Below are positions 17,389 through 26,043 of a stretch of DNA of 64,000 nucleotides, in pieces. This DNA comes from a virus (Duplodnaviria > Heunggongvirae > Uroviricota > Caudoviricetes). Every line of letters begins with the position of its first letter. Positions within the stretch are counted from its first letter, which is position 1. The notes beneath the pieces are model-generated. The model made no database searches. It was given only the letters and a program-made list of their open reading frames with translations, and had not been told where the DNA came from. The stretch lies in the IMG/VR virus record IMGVR_UViG_3300047557_004483, positions 1-64,000 of that record; one strand, given 5' to 3'. The position numbers were made by a program, and so were the translations under genes.

Positions 17389-17658
17389 ATGTATTACATT
17401 ATAACAGAGGAACAGGTAAAAAGATTAGTCAAAGGTTGGAAAGTCAGTGAAGGACAGTTAACAAAAACTTTCAATTTCAAAACTTATAAAGATGTTTTGA
17501 AATTTGTTAATAAGGTAGGTTCAATTGCTGAAAAACAAAACCATCATCCTGAAATGTTAGTTAAATATAATTCAGTAAAAGTTTCACTGTTTGACCACGG
17601 AGCCAATAAAGTTTCGGACAAATGCCACAAGTTAGCCGACCTAATCAATAAGACCTAA
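17389..17658 (+). CDS. phhB: pterin-4a-carbinolamine dehydratase (PCD/DCoH)
   Basis: F.FK.Y..V..FVNKVG..AEKQNHHPEM..YN.V.V.L.DH fits the PCD signature (AEK-DHHPEW-YN) by eye. Confidence 0.75.
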   Translation: MYYIITEEQVKRLVKGWKVSEGQLTKTFNFKTYKDVLKFVNKVGSIAEKQNHHPEMLVKYNSVKVSLFDHGANKVSDKCHKLADLINKT

Positions 17659-17846
17659 GTCTTTTCTTTCGGTATCAACCTAAAGGTACATGCACGTTTA
17701 CCGTTGATGGTCGGCATACCATATTCATCAATTCCTATTGTTTTAACTGTCGTCTTCTTGTTTTTGAATCTCCCTGTATAAATTACATCACCAACATTCA
17801 AAGGCACAAATATACCCGATATTCTATTTTTATTATCTTCTTTCAT
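17655..17846 (-). CDS. small hypothetical protein
   Basis: ORF only. Confidence 0.3.
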   Translation of the reverse strand: MKEDNKNRISGIFVPLNVGDVIYTGRFKNKKTTVKTIGIDEYGMPTINGKRACTFRLIPKEKT

Positions 17847-17897
17847 TTAATTAATGATTTTTATTTACTCACTGAATTAAAAATTTAATATTAATAT

Positions 17898-18074
17898 ATG
17901 ATTAAAAAAATATTGTTTTTCCTGTTGATAGTATCCTTATTTTCTTCATGTTTCATAATGAAGAAAAGGGATTATTATACAAATTACAAAAAGAATGGTA
18001 GAAATCTAACCAAAGGGAGAAGTTCTTGTAATATGTTCCCATACCCAATCAAGGAAATGAGAAAATCTCGTTAA
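17898..18074 (+). CDS. small lipoprotein (58 aa) not in the ORF track
   Basis: MIKKILFFLLIVSLFSSC carries a type II signal peptide with lipobox LFSSC; ATG at 17898, TAA at 18072. Confidence 0.45.
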   Translation: MIKKILFFLLIVSLFSSCFIMKKRDYYTNYKKNGRNLTKGRSSCNMFPYPIKEMRKSR

Positions 18075-18101
18075 TTGAAAAAGAAAACGAATACTGTTTT
18101 G

Positions 18102-18293
18102 TTAATAGAAAGTTTTTTTCTTTTTCTTCCTGTTAACCATTAACTCTATGGTATATCCTATGAAATAAGAGACAATTAGAGCAAATCCCCAAAATATTTT
18201 GTCCCTCCAATCCATTTTAATCCAACTAACTAAAAAGTATGCTCCGACAATTATCAGTATCCCAACGATAAGTCTTCCTATATGATGTAACAT
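18102..18293 (-). CDS. small two-TM membrane protein (holin-like topology)
   Basis: Two hydrophobic helices plus a poly-Lys C-terminus. Confidence 0.4.
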   Translation of the reverse strand: MLHHIGRLIVGILIIVGAYFLVSWIKMDWRDKIFWGFALIVSYFIGYTIELMVNRKKKKKTFY

Positions 18294-18330
18294 CGGATTT
18301 TAGTTTTTTTATGAATATAAAGATACAAAT

Positions 18331-18618
18331 TTAGATTATGATAATCAATTTGTCATCGTGTAAAACTATTTGACCATCTTTGGTCTCCAATTCACAAATT
18401 GTATTTTCATCAATGAGTTTCGAAAGTAAAAATTCAGTGATAGGATAATAATCTATAAACCCAACTTCTAAGTTATTACCAACTTTATTTGTGTATTTTA
18501 CGTATCCTACTTGGTTAGGTAAGTTTTCCCCTTTGTTAGGTTTGAAGAAGATATACGAACCCTCCTGAACCAAATATCCTTTAATCTTCCCCGTAGATAG
18601 TTTTTTTGTATTTTTCAT
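18331..18618 (-). CDS. hypothetical protein
   Basis: ORF only. Confidence 0.45.
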   Translation of the reverse strand: MKNTKKLSTGKIKGYLVQEGSYIFFKPNKGENLPNQVGYVKYTNKVGNNLEVGFIDYYPITEFLLSKLIDENTICELETKDGQIVLHDDKLIIII

Positions 18619-18985
18619 TTTCTTTCTCGAACTTTTTGAACATTATACCACTCAAAATATTAGCTAAATTTTCGTCAGGACCACCTATATTTTGTTTCTT
18701 TTCCTTCTCAGTTAGACCTAATTTTTGGTGTTGGTATTCATGAACCCACTCATGAGTAATTGTTCTAAGTATGTCAACTAAAAGTCTGTCTTTTGCCAAA
18801 ACAATAATCCCCATAGGCCTCATTCTCAGACCTGTTGTCATATTAAATTGTCTGTTGTCTGTAAATTGAATATTGACCCCTTGTGATAATGGTAATTGTT
18901 TTTGAAGGAAAACAATAAACTCTTTTATCACTTCCGTTTCCTCGGAGTTGAAAAAGTTTCTTATATTTTTGAGTGGTAATTTCAC
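18581..18985 (-). CDS. putative metallopeptidase-like protein (HEWVHEYQH)
   Basis: HExxH motif. Confidence 0.4.
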   Translation of the reverse strand: MKLPLKNIRNFFNSEETEVIKEFIVFLQKQLPLSQGVNIQFTDNRQFNMTTGLRMRPMGIIVLAKDRLLVDILRTITHEWVHEYQHQKLGLTEKEKKQNIGGPDENLANILSGIMFKKFEKENEKYKKTIYGED

Positions 18986-19025
18986 AAATATAAATACAAA
19001 TATTTGTGGTTTAATTTCAACTAAC

Positions 19026-20114
19026 CTATTTTATCTTATCCACTAATTTTAATGCAGAAGCAATAATTTGGTGCATATCGTAGTAAATATAATTTGCCAA
19101 TCTACCTCCAAAGAAAATGTTTTTTTCTTTTTTTGATAACTCGGAATATTTCTCATAGAGTGAGCTGTTTACTGAGTCTCTTATTGGATAGTATGGTTCA
19201 TTATATCCTGTGTAGTTTTCTGGGTATTCATAACTCACAATTGTACCTTTTTGTTGTTGGAAATCAAACCATTTGTGTTCTACTATTCTTGTGTAAGGGA
19301 TGTCTTTGTCGGTATAGTTCATAACAGGCACACCTTGAAAGTTATCGTCCTCCAAATGTTTTTCTTCCCATCTTAAACTTCTGTATTCTAACTTTCCGAA
19401 TCTGTAGTCGTAAAATCTATCAATTTCTCCTGTGAATATTACTTTACTACATAGTGAATTATATTTCTCCCTACTTTCGAAATAATCGACCCCTAATTCA
19501 ACATCAATCCCATGCAACATTTTTTCAAATATTTGGGTGTAACCACCTATTGGCATTCCAACGTATTTGTCATCGAAATAACTACTGTTCCATGTAAATC
19601 TTACAGGTAATCTTTTTATAATATATGAAGGTAACTCATCACAAGACTTGTTCCATTGTTTTTCCGTATATCCCTGTATTAATATTCTATATATGTCTTC
19701 CCCAACTAATGATTTTGCTTGTTGTTCTAAATTGACAATTTCCCCTTTGTATTTTTGATTTTCAATAACATTTCTCGCATCAATTTCGTTATTAACCCCC
19801 CATATTTGATTGAAGGTCCACAAATTGAACGGTAAGGAATATATTTTGTCTTTATAGTTAGCTAAAACATTATGTGTATATTGTTTGAATTCCGCGAATT
19901 GATTTACATAGTCCCATAGGTATTTTTCATTGGTATGAAAAATATGAGCCCCATGTTTGTGAACATGAATTCCATTGATGTTTTCAGTATAACAATTACC
20001 TCCAATAACATTCCTCTTATCAATCACTAAACATTTATATCCTAATTTAGTCAATTCATATGCACAAGTTGTGCCGAAAATTCCCGAACCCACAATAAGG
20101 AAATCATACATCAT
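19026..20114 (-). CDS. glf: UDP-galactopyranose mutase
   Basis: MYDFLIVGSGIFG..HKHGAHIFHTN..YLWDYVN with full-length collinearity to Glf (FAD Rossmann fold + YTEKQW + EYRSL + RIVEHK + FGGRLANYIYYDMHQ). Confidence 0.9.
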   Translation of the reverse strand: MMYDFLIVGSGIFGTTCAYELTKLGYKCLVIDKRNVIGGNCYTENINGIHVHKHGAHIFHTNEKYLWDYVNQFAEFKQYTHNVLANYKDKIYSLPFNLWTFNQIWGVNNEIDARNVIENQKYKGEIVNLEQQAKSLVGEDIYRILIQGYTEKQWNKSCDELPSYIIKRLPVRFTWNSSYFDDKYVGMPIGGYTQIFEKMLHGIDVELGVDYFESREKYNSLCSKVIFTGEIDRFYDYRFGKLEYRSLRWEEKHLEDDNFQGVPVMNYTDKDIPYTRIVEHKWFDFQQQKGTIVSYEYPENYTGYNEPYYPIRDSVNSSLYEKYSELSKKEKNIFFGGRLANYIYYDMHQIIASALKLVDKIK

Positions 20115-21277
20115 GAAAAACTAAAAGAAAAACTGTTTAAATTTATAGTCGGTCTTGATAATTTATTTGTATATGTTTCTTTTAAGGTATTTAACAAGGT
20201 ACCAGTATTGTGATAAATTCTATCGTCAATCAAAAAACAAAGATTCGGGTATGGGTTCGGTCTATCAACAGAAGCCATAAATTCTACTAAGTTTAACGCT
20301 TCTTGATATCTACCTTGAGCGTCCAAAATTTCTACTTTGTGGAACAGGTGTTCATTTCTATTAGGACAAAAATCTTCAGCAAAATCAAAATATTTGAATG
20401 TTTTGTCTTTTTCACCCATGAATTCATATGCTTGTGCCATCAAGATTAGTGCAAAATACGCCATTTCATTATTTGATGTTGCAATTGGGTTTTCAGGTGT
20501 CCATCCGTGAACTAACTCCAAATACCTTTCGAAATACCATATACCCCTCCTCGCATACTCGTCCGAGTGTTGCTTACCAAAAGCTAATTCATCAGGTCTA
20601 CCATAACAGTCAGTATAACTTTTTGCAATATACCATAAATGATATAAATCATGTTTAACTTTATCACCAACAATGTTATCAATTTCCAATTCTAAAGCAT
20701 CTCTCAGAAACTTTCTTGGAACGTGCCAAGTTTGCCCATCTTGAGAAACCCTGTGTCTAAATGATTGAGGTAAAGTTACTCTTTGGAAGTTTTCACCAAT
20801 ATTGGGTAAATGAATAGTTTCATGTCTTTTATCTAATTGGAAAAACCAAGGTAATTTAGCGTTCCACATCCATGTTCTCATGTATCTTGTACCTCCATTC
20901 ACAGCATTAACATTCCAACTCTCTACTTTGGTATCATCTAATATACTCCAATCAAAATCGTTATCAATCTCTAAAGTTTCGTCCGCATCCATTCTCAAAA
21001 TCCAGTCACAACCATGGTCAGTTTGTAATGCAACTTGTAAAGTATGATTCCTATTCCAGCCAGGAAAGTTCCATTCAATAAAATAAGTAAACCCTTTGAT
21101 TCCTTTTTGTTTAAAAAAGGTGTCAATTATTTCTCTCGTGTTGTCTCCTTTACCATTACATTGTATTACATAATAATCGATATATGGTGCCACAGACTCC
21201 AACATTCTTGTTATTGTCGGGGCTTCATCACCGACCATCGCATTCAAACAAATTTTAGTTTTTTTATTCATATACAT
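20111..21277 (-). CDS. putative GT-A fold glycosyltransferase (DxD: RMDADE)
   Basis: N-terminal ICLNAMVGDEAP..YVIQCNG resembles a GT2 N-terminus. Overlaps glf by ATGA. Confidence 0.45.
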   Translation of the reverse strand: MYMNKKTKICLNAMVGDEAPTITRMLESVAPYIDYYVIQCNGKGDNTREIIDTFFKQKGIKGFTYFIEWNFPGWNRNHTLQVALQTDHGCDWILRMDADETLEIDNDFDWSILDDTKVESWNVNAVNGGTRYMRTWMWNAKLPWFFQLDKRHETIHLPNIGENFQRVTLPQSFRHRVSQDGQTWHVPRKFLRDALELEIDNIVGDKVKHDLYHLWYIAKSYTDCYGRPDELAFGKQHSDEYARRGIWYFERYLELVHGWTPENPIATSNNEMAYFALILMAQAYEFMGEKDKTFKYFDFAEDFCPNRNEHLFHKVEILDAQGRYQEALNLVEFMASVDRPNPYPNLCFLIDDRIYHNTGTLLNTLKETYTNKLSRPTINLNSFSFSFS

Positions 21278-22511
21278 AATTCATTTTTTGTTCTTCATCA
21301 TAAAACTTTCTTATGGAAACACTATTTTGAAATTTTTGAGAGTGTCCTTCTTCTTCTATCCAATTCCAATCAAAAAATCCTAAGTAATTAATTCTTTCAT
21401 GAATTGCTAAATCATAGTAATCTCTTATTAATCTTGCTCTTCGATTGATATCCTGAGCGTTGTTGTCTGTTGTAGTGTCTCTACTACTATATTGAAAATA
21501 TAAAACTTTTTTCACATGTATCATCCTTGTATTCAAAAAAGTCCTGATGAGTATTTCCAAATCATCTGCTACAGGTGTATTTTTATTGTGTCCTCCGATT
21601 TCATGATACAGATTTCTTTCCCACATTCTTACGTGGTTGGGCATACTAATGTTGAATCTTATAGACAAAGGGTTGATATCAGGATATCTGTGTGCTAATA
21701 TTTCATTTCCATCAACAGTTTCCCATTCATGTCCAGCATAACCAAAATCGAAAAAGTTATCATGTCTTGCATACCAATTACCTGTCCAATCGTGGTCATA
21801 ATATTTAAACTCACCTGTTTCATAGAACTCACAACAATCTGAATATAAAAATCCCGCGTCAGGAAATCGTAGAATAGCATCGTCTGCAACCGCCAAACAA
21901 TTTGTGGTAAGACAATCGTCATGGTCAAGTTCTATTAACCAATCACCATCACACAACATTGCCGCTCTATGTTTTGCCAAACCAACATTCCCACCCGTTA
22001 TTGGATTTAGTTTGTATATTTTAACACGGTAATCTAACGACTCTATGTCTTTTAGAATTTTGAAGGTTTCTTCGTTTGGTGAGTCATCAACAACAACCCA
22101 TTGCCAATTCTTAAGTGTTTGATTTTTTAAACTTTCATACGTTCTATAAATTCTTTCACCCGTATTATACGTGGGGGTAAAAATTGAGAACCTTGGTCTT
22201 ATAACCTCACAGGATTTAAACACGGTTTGACAAACAATATCATTAGCCAAAACACTATCAGGTAATTGTTGTTGATAGTATCTATAAATCCTAAGTAATC
22301 TGTAATTGTTTATTGGAATATCCTGACCAAACGAGATAATTAAGTCAGGTTTATACTTTGTGAAATCAAGTTCCATGTTACCATCATAAGTAAGTGAATA
22401 AACTTCAACACTTTCATGTAACCCTTCCTCCCAATATACATCAGAAGTCAATGTGTGGTGACCAATTCGGTCCCAACCATATACAATAGCCGTAGGTTTT
22501 TTTGTTTTCAT
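21264..22511 (-). CDS. family 2 glycosyltransferase
   Basis: FSIFTPTYNTGERI..VVVDDSPNEET is the classic GT2 N-terminal signature. Confidence 0.75.
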   Translation of the reverse strand: MKTKKPTAIVYGWDRIGHHTLTSDVYWEEGLHESVEVYSLTYDGNMELDFTKYKPDLIISFGQDIPINNYRLLRIYRYYQQQLPDSVLANDIVCQTVFKSCEVIRPRFSIFTPTYNTGERIYRTYESLKNQTLKNWQWVVVDDSPNEETFKILKDIESLDYRVKIYKLNPITGGNVGLAKHRAAMLCDGDWLIELDHDDCLTTNCLAVADDAILRFPDAGFLYSDCCEFYETGEFKYYDHDWTGNWYARHDNFFDFGYAGHEWETVDGNEILAHRYPDINPLSIRFNISMPNHVRMWERNLYHEIGGHNKNTPVADDLEILIRTFLNTRMIHVKKVLYFQYSSRDTTTDNNAQDINRRARLIRDYYDLAIHERINYLGFFDWNWIEEEGHSQKFQNSVSIRKFYDEEQKMNYVYE

Positions 22512-22548
22512 GGATTAAATTTAAAGAAAAAAAAGATACCTGTAAAGT

Positions 22549-22881
22549 CTAATCACCATCATCATTCCAAGATGTTAATATGAATTCTAAATTTATGTAA
22601 TTGATTTGATTATACTTGTTTTTTGTTACGGATGCCTTCATTCCTCCTGTTGCGGTGAAGAATGACTCCCAAGGTCTCAAAGTTTTACTTTCGAGCGCCC
22701 CTTTAATCGCATTATCAATCAAATATCTAGCATTACTTTTCAAATCGTCAACATTTGGAACTCCCCGACCAGGAACACCAGCCCATGTCCAATTCAAAAA
22801 TCTCATAGTTTTTTCTGTTTTTTCCCAATTGAAATGCTCCATGACGGTTTCAATCATGTCCTCGAGTTTCTTTCGTTTCAT
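22549..22881 (-). CDS. hypothetical protein
   Basis: ORF only. Confidence 0.45.
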   Translation of the reverse strand: MKRKKLEDMIETVMEHFNWEKTEKTMRFLNWTWAGVPGRGVPNVDDLKSNARYLIDNAIKGALESKTLRPWESFFTATGGMKASVTKNKYNQINYINLEFILTSWNDDGD

Positions 22882-22922
22882 ATTTTTTTGTTTAAAGGAA
22901 AACTCCCCGAAGGGAGTTCTAA

Positions 22923-23663
22923 TTAACTTACCGCATCTAACGCCATGGACATATCACCATCCCACTTAATGATTTTGGACTTCGGAACCCAAAACTCCAT
23001 CTCTCCAATCTCTTCTACTCTTTTCAAATATTCCTCTCTAAATCTGTTCGCTTGGGACTTGTCTGTGATATACTCAACTCCCATGTGACCAGCACAAATC
23101 TTACCCATACGAGTCAACATTGAGAACTCATCAGTCAAAGTTTTAGCACAACACATACAAACGTCCCCTCTTTTAACTGTCATCTTTCCTGAGAACTTAA
23201 CCGCCTTCGGAGAAATTGCCAATATCTTAGTGATATCAAGAAGGATTGGATTGAACTTCAAACCATACTTCTCTTTCAATCCCTGACCCACAGTTCTTCC
23301 CACTTTGATGGTTTCACCTGGTGTCGGCCACTTGACATGGATAGTTTCGTTTTTGTCTTTCTCTTTCTGAATTGTTTTGGTTGCTGCTTCAACCTGCTTG
23401 TTAGTGAGTGTCCCGTAAGTAATCAACTTTTTCTTGATGTCAGCTACAAACGCACTTGGACCATTGTAATCAGCAATAATTTTGAGTTCTTCAGGTAACT
23501 CCTGAACGTTCACTTTAACTTCTGAATTCAAACACTTCTCAACCGCGGCTTCTTGTGCGGGAGTCAAACCTCCGTAACGTGAAATTGTTTCTTTCATTTT
23601 CATAACAAAACTGTTTGAACCTTGATAGTTTCTTACTTTGCTAACGGTGTTAATTGTTGTCAT
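22923..23663 (-). CDS. hypothetical protein
   Basis: Clean ORF; the conserved promoter GTCGTATCTTTGTATTCACAAA lies immediately upstream. Confidence 0.55.
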   Translation of the reverse strand: MTTINTVSKVRNYQGSNSFVMKMKETISRYGGLTPAQEAAVEKCLNSEVKVNVQELPEELKIIADYNGPSAFVADIKKKLITYGTLTNKQVEAATKTIQKEKDKNETIHVKWPTPGETIKVGRTVGQGLKEKYGLKFNPILLDITKILAISPKAVKFSGKMTVKRGDVCMCCAKTLTDEFSMLTRMGKICAGHMGVEYITDKSQANRFREEYLKRVEEIGEMEFWVPKSKIIKWDGDMSMALDAVS

Positions 23664-23674
23664 ATAGTGGTGAT

Positions 23675-23696
23675 TTGTGAATACAAAGATACGACC
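23675..23696 (-). promoter_or_regulatory. phage promoter class, copy a: (coding strand) GTCGTATCTTTGTATTCACAAA with Bacteroidetes -7 element TATCTTTG
   Basis: Identical 22-mer at 24325-24346; related copies at 4088-4102, 15923-15940 and 56375-56394. Confidence 0.55.
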
Positions 23697-23713
23697 TTTT
23701 TCTCATTCCGCCA

Positions 23714-23748
23714 AATAAAAAATCCCTCAATTTGAGGGACCTTTTTTC
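23714..23748. terminator. bidirectional terminator hairpin TCCCTCAA-T-TTGAGGGA flanked by A-run and T-run
   Basis: Palindrome with AAATAAAAAA on the 5' side and CCTTTTTTCC on the 3' side. Confidence 0.55.
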
Positions 23749-23841
23749 CTAAATTTTCCAGCAAAATTGTCAAAAACTATGATACAAACAAGAATCAGTG
23801 GTACACTGAAAAGATACAACAAAATCGAAATCTTGAAGATA

Positions 23842-24315
23842 TTAATTATTTCTAAAAGCATAATCAGCCCAAGTTTTAGCGTTTACAAGTTCCCACAATT
23901 TCATGTCACACATATCAGGGAAAGAAGTTCTCATATCACCTACGGTCAAAACTTTCAGGAAACCCAAATCTATACTATACCATTTACCCCCTTTGGTTGT
24001 TAGAACATTAAACCAAAGAACCTTACCGTTATCGTAGGTGTGTTTAACTTGAATATTTACGAGACCGTTTTTGGACCAAGGAGAAATAACGTCCTTGGGA
24101 GTTCCTGTTATATCAGTAATATTGACAAATCCCGCTTTACATTTAGCCGCCACACGGAACTCATACTGTTTATTGTCATCCTTGAGATGGTTAGAAACCA
24201 TAACTGAGGTTCTCTTACCTTTGATTGTGGTATCGAAAGAACCGTAAAAAACATCTCCTGACATTACTGGGTCTGTACTAACTTTAACTGCGGGGGTGGT
24301 AGTGATTGTGTTCAT
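23842..24315 (-). CDS. hypothetical protein
   Basis: Clean ORF with conserved promoter copy b upstream. Confidence 0.55.
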   Translation of the reverse strand: MNTITTTPAVKVSTDPVMSGDVFYGSFDTTIKGKRTSVMVSNHLKDDNKQYEFRVAAKCKAGFVNITDITGTPKDVISPWSKNGLVNIQVKHTYDNGKVLWFNVLTTKGGKWYSIDLGFLKVLTVGDMRTSFPDMCDMKLWELVNAKTWADYAFRNN

Positions 24316-24324
24316 ATGTTGTTT

Positions 24325-24346
24325 TTTGTGAATACAAAGATACGAC
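24325..24346 (-). promoter_or_regulatory. phage promoter class, copy b: GTCGTATCTTTGTATTCACAAA
   Basis: 22/22 identity with copy a. Confidence 0.55.
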
Positions 24347-24453
24347 TTTCTATATTGTCAGCCAAAACTTTTTTTTGTATTGATTTTCAGTTAGTTATGT
24401 TTTCTACTGAGGGGAAAACTGTAGATTTTTAGTCAATTGTTGTATTTATTGGA

Positions 24454-25368
24454 ATGAGTAATAGGTTAAAAAAACTTGCAAGTATTATTAGTGATGAATT
24501 CAGTGATAATTTAACAAAAATCTACGGTTCAGTTTTGACTTTTCAGTCAGAAAATCCTGATTATTTTGTACCAACTTTTACCGCCAATGATACAATTAAA
24601 TTGGTATATTATATCTATTCTCTCAAAAAAACTGATGGTTTTGACTTTGCTGAAAAAATTATCCCTGAGTTACATCTTGCACAATTTTTTGATTATAATA
24701 AAGTAAGTGTACATCAGGAAAATTGTGATAATTGTGATGGTGATGGAAATGAGACATGTCAATATTGTGATGGAAATGGGCAGATAAGTTGTGACAGTTG
24801 TGAGGGCGAAGGTGAAGTAGATTGTAATATGTGCGATGGAGAGGGTAGAACAGAATGTAGTGAATGCGATGGTGAAGGTGATATCGATGGAGAAACATGT
24901 GATAATTGTAGTGGGAACGGTGAAGTTGAGTGTGATACTTGTGGAGGTGGTGGTAAAAAAACTTGTAATAGTTGTGGTGGTGATGGGTATGAAAGTTGTG
25001 ATGAATGTAGTGGCAACGGGTCAATAAATTGTGATTACTGCGATAATGATGGTCAAATAGATACTGAAGATTTCGATTATATAATACATGAATATCTGAT
25101 ATTTGACGATGACCTTATAGATGGTCTTTACAGGGATTGGCAAAATAACACACCCTTAGGTCATACCCTCGAGTTCAAGGGAAGACCAACAGTTCTCTTA
25201 ATCAATAGTAGATGGGAATATGGTCAATTCGACCCATCAGTTAAAGAGTATGAAAAATATTGTTTCAACATATCCCCATTCAATTCAACAAGACTATTCT
25301 ACAAAAGAAAAGGTGTATCAGTTGAAGGAATTAGTGCAAATGACGAACCAGATACTTTATTGATTTAA
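24454..25368 (+). CDS. protein with about 9 tandem CxxCxGxG zinc-finger repeats (DnaJ Cys-rich-domain-like); paralog of 26044..26889
   Basis: CDNCDGDGNETCQYCDGNGQISCDSCEGEGEVDCNMCDGEGRTECSECDGEG.. Shared N-terminal (VYYIYSLKKTDGFDFAEKIIPELHLAQFFDY) and C-terminal domains with the paralog. Confidence 0.65.
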   Translation: MSNRLKKLASIISDEFSDNLTKIYGSVLTFQSENPDYFVPTFTANDTIKLVYYIYSLKKTDGFDFAEKIIPELHLAQFFDYNKVSVHQENCDNCDGDGNETCQYCDGNGQISCDSCEGEGEVDCNMCDGEGRTECSECDGEGDIDGETCDNCSGNGEVECDTCGGGGKKTCNSCGGDGYESCDECSGNGSINCDYCDNDGQIDTEDFDYIIHEYLIFDDDLIDGLYRDWQNNTPLGHTLEFKGRPTVLLINSRWEYGQFDPSVKEYEKYCFNISPFNSTRLFYKRKGVSVEGISANDEPDTLLI

Positions 25369-25632
25369 ATTATCAATCCAATCCTGTAAAGGTTGATGGT
25401 CACCATTGTAAAGTTCCCTTCTCAAATCATGTTGAATATGTTGTTCTTCTGTTGGAGTTTGTCCGTTTGTCAGAAGTTCTGTGTGTCTTTGACCTTGAAT
25501 AAATTGTATGATATTTTGATAACATCGAGCAGAATAAACGAAGTTCTCACACTCAAAAACAACATATTTTGTAAACTCTTCAGGTGAAATCAGAGTTCTT
25601 ATAAAAGTAAATCCAGTAGTTTCGTAACTCAT
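25357..25632 (-). CDS. hypothetical protein
   Basis: ORF only. Confidence 0.4.
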   Translation of the reverse strand: MSYETTGFTFIRTLISPEEFTKYVVFECENFVYSARCYQNIIQFIQGQRHTELLTNGQTPTEEQHIQHDLRRELYNGDHQPLQDWIDNLNQ

Positions 25633-25637
25633 AGTTT

Positions 25638-25979
25638 TTATTTATAATTACACACGTTTGATTGAAAACAACCCTGTCCCGCACCTTCAACATAACCGAC
25701 TCTTGTATCAATATGAGTATAGGTTTTGTAAGGTGACACTTTACCACAGACAACACATTTATCATATCCGTTTTCTACATAAGAATCTTTTTTTGGTAAA
25801 TGTATTCCCTTGACCAATCCGTCTTCATCAGCAATAATCATAAACTTTTCGTCATCATATTCACGGATAGATTCCTCTTCTTTTTCTTCCCAATACATTT
25901 TTCTTACTTTTTCACCCAATTCTGCATCGTTAGGTGTATTCAAAATTTCGTTTTCAGACAAATTAATAGTTATTGACAT
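25638..25979 (-). CDS. hypothetical protein with CxxC..C pair
   Basis: ORF only. Confidence 0.45.
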   Translation of the reverse strand: MSITINLSENEILNTPNDAELGEKVRKMYWEEKEEESIREYDDEKFMIIADEDGLVKGIHLPKKDSYVENGYDKCVVCGKVSPYKTYTHIDTRVGYVEGAGQGCFQSNVCNYK

Positions 25980-26043
25980 ATAATTTAGTTTTTTGAAAAC
26001 ATAATCAAACTAATTCAATTTTCCAAAGCTATTTATAGTTTGA

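Noticed and set aside
17389-17440. MYYIITEEQVKRL of the PCD homolog as a member of leader family A.
   Set aside because: Uncertain. Genuine PCDs also begin with an L(T/S)xEEx..LLxxLxGW helix, so the similarity may be intrinsic to PCD rather than an appended leader. Kept only as a possible member.
24659-25027. His-rich ORF (HHHHNYYKFFYHH...) and other ORFs antisense to 24454..25368.
   Set aside because: They are the antisense of the TGT/TGC-GAT-GGT repeat encoding the CxxCxGxG modules. The sense frame has the coherent domain architecture.
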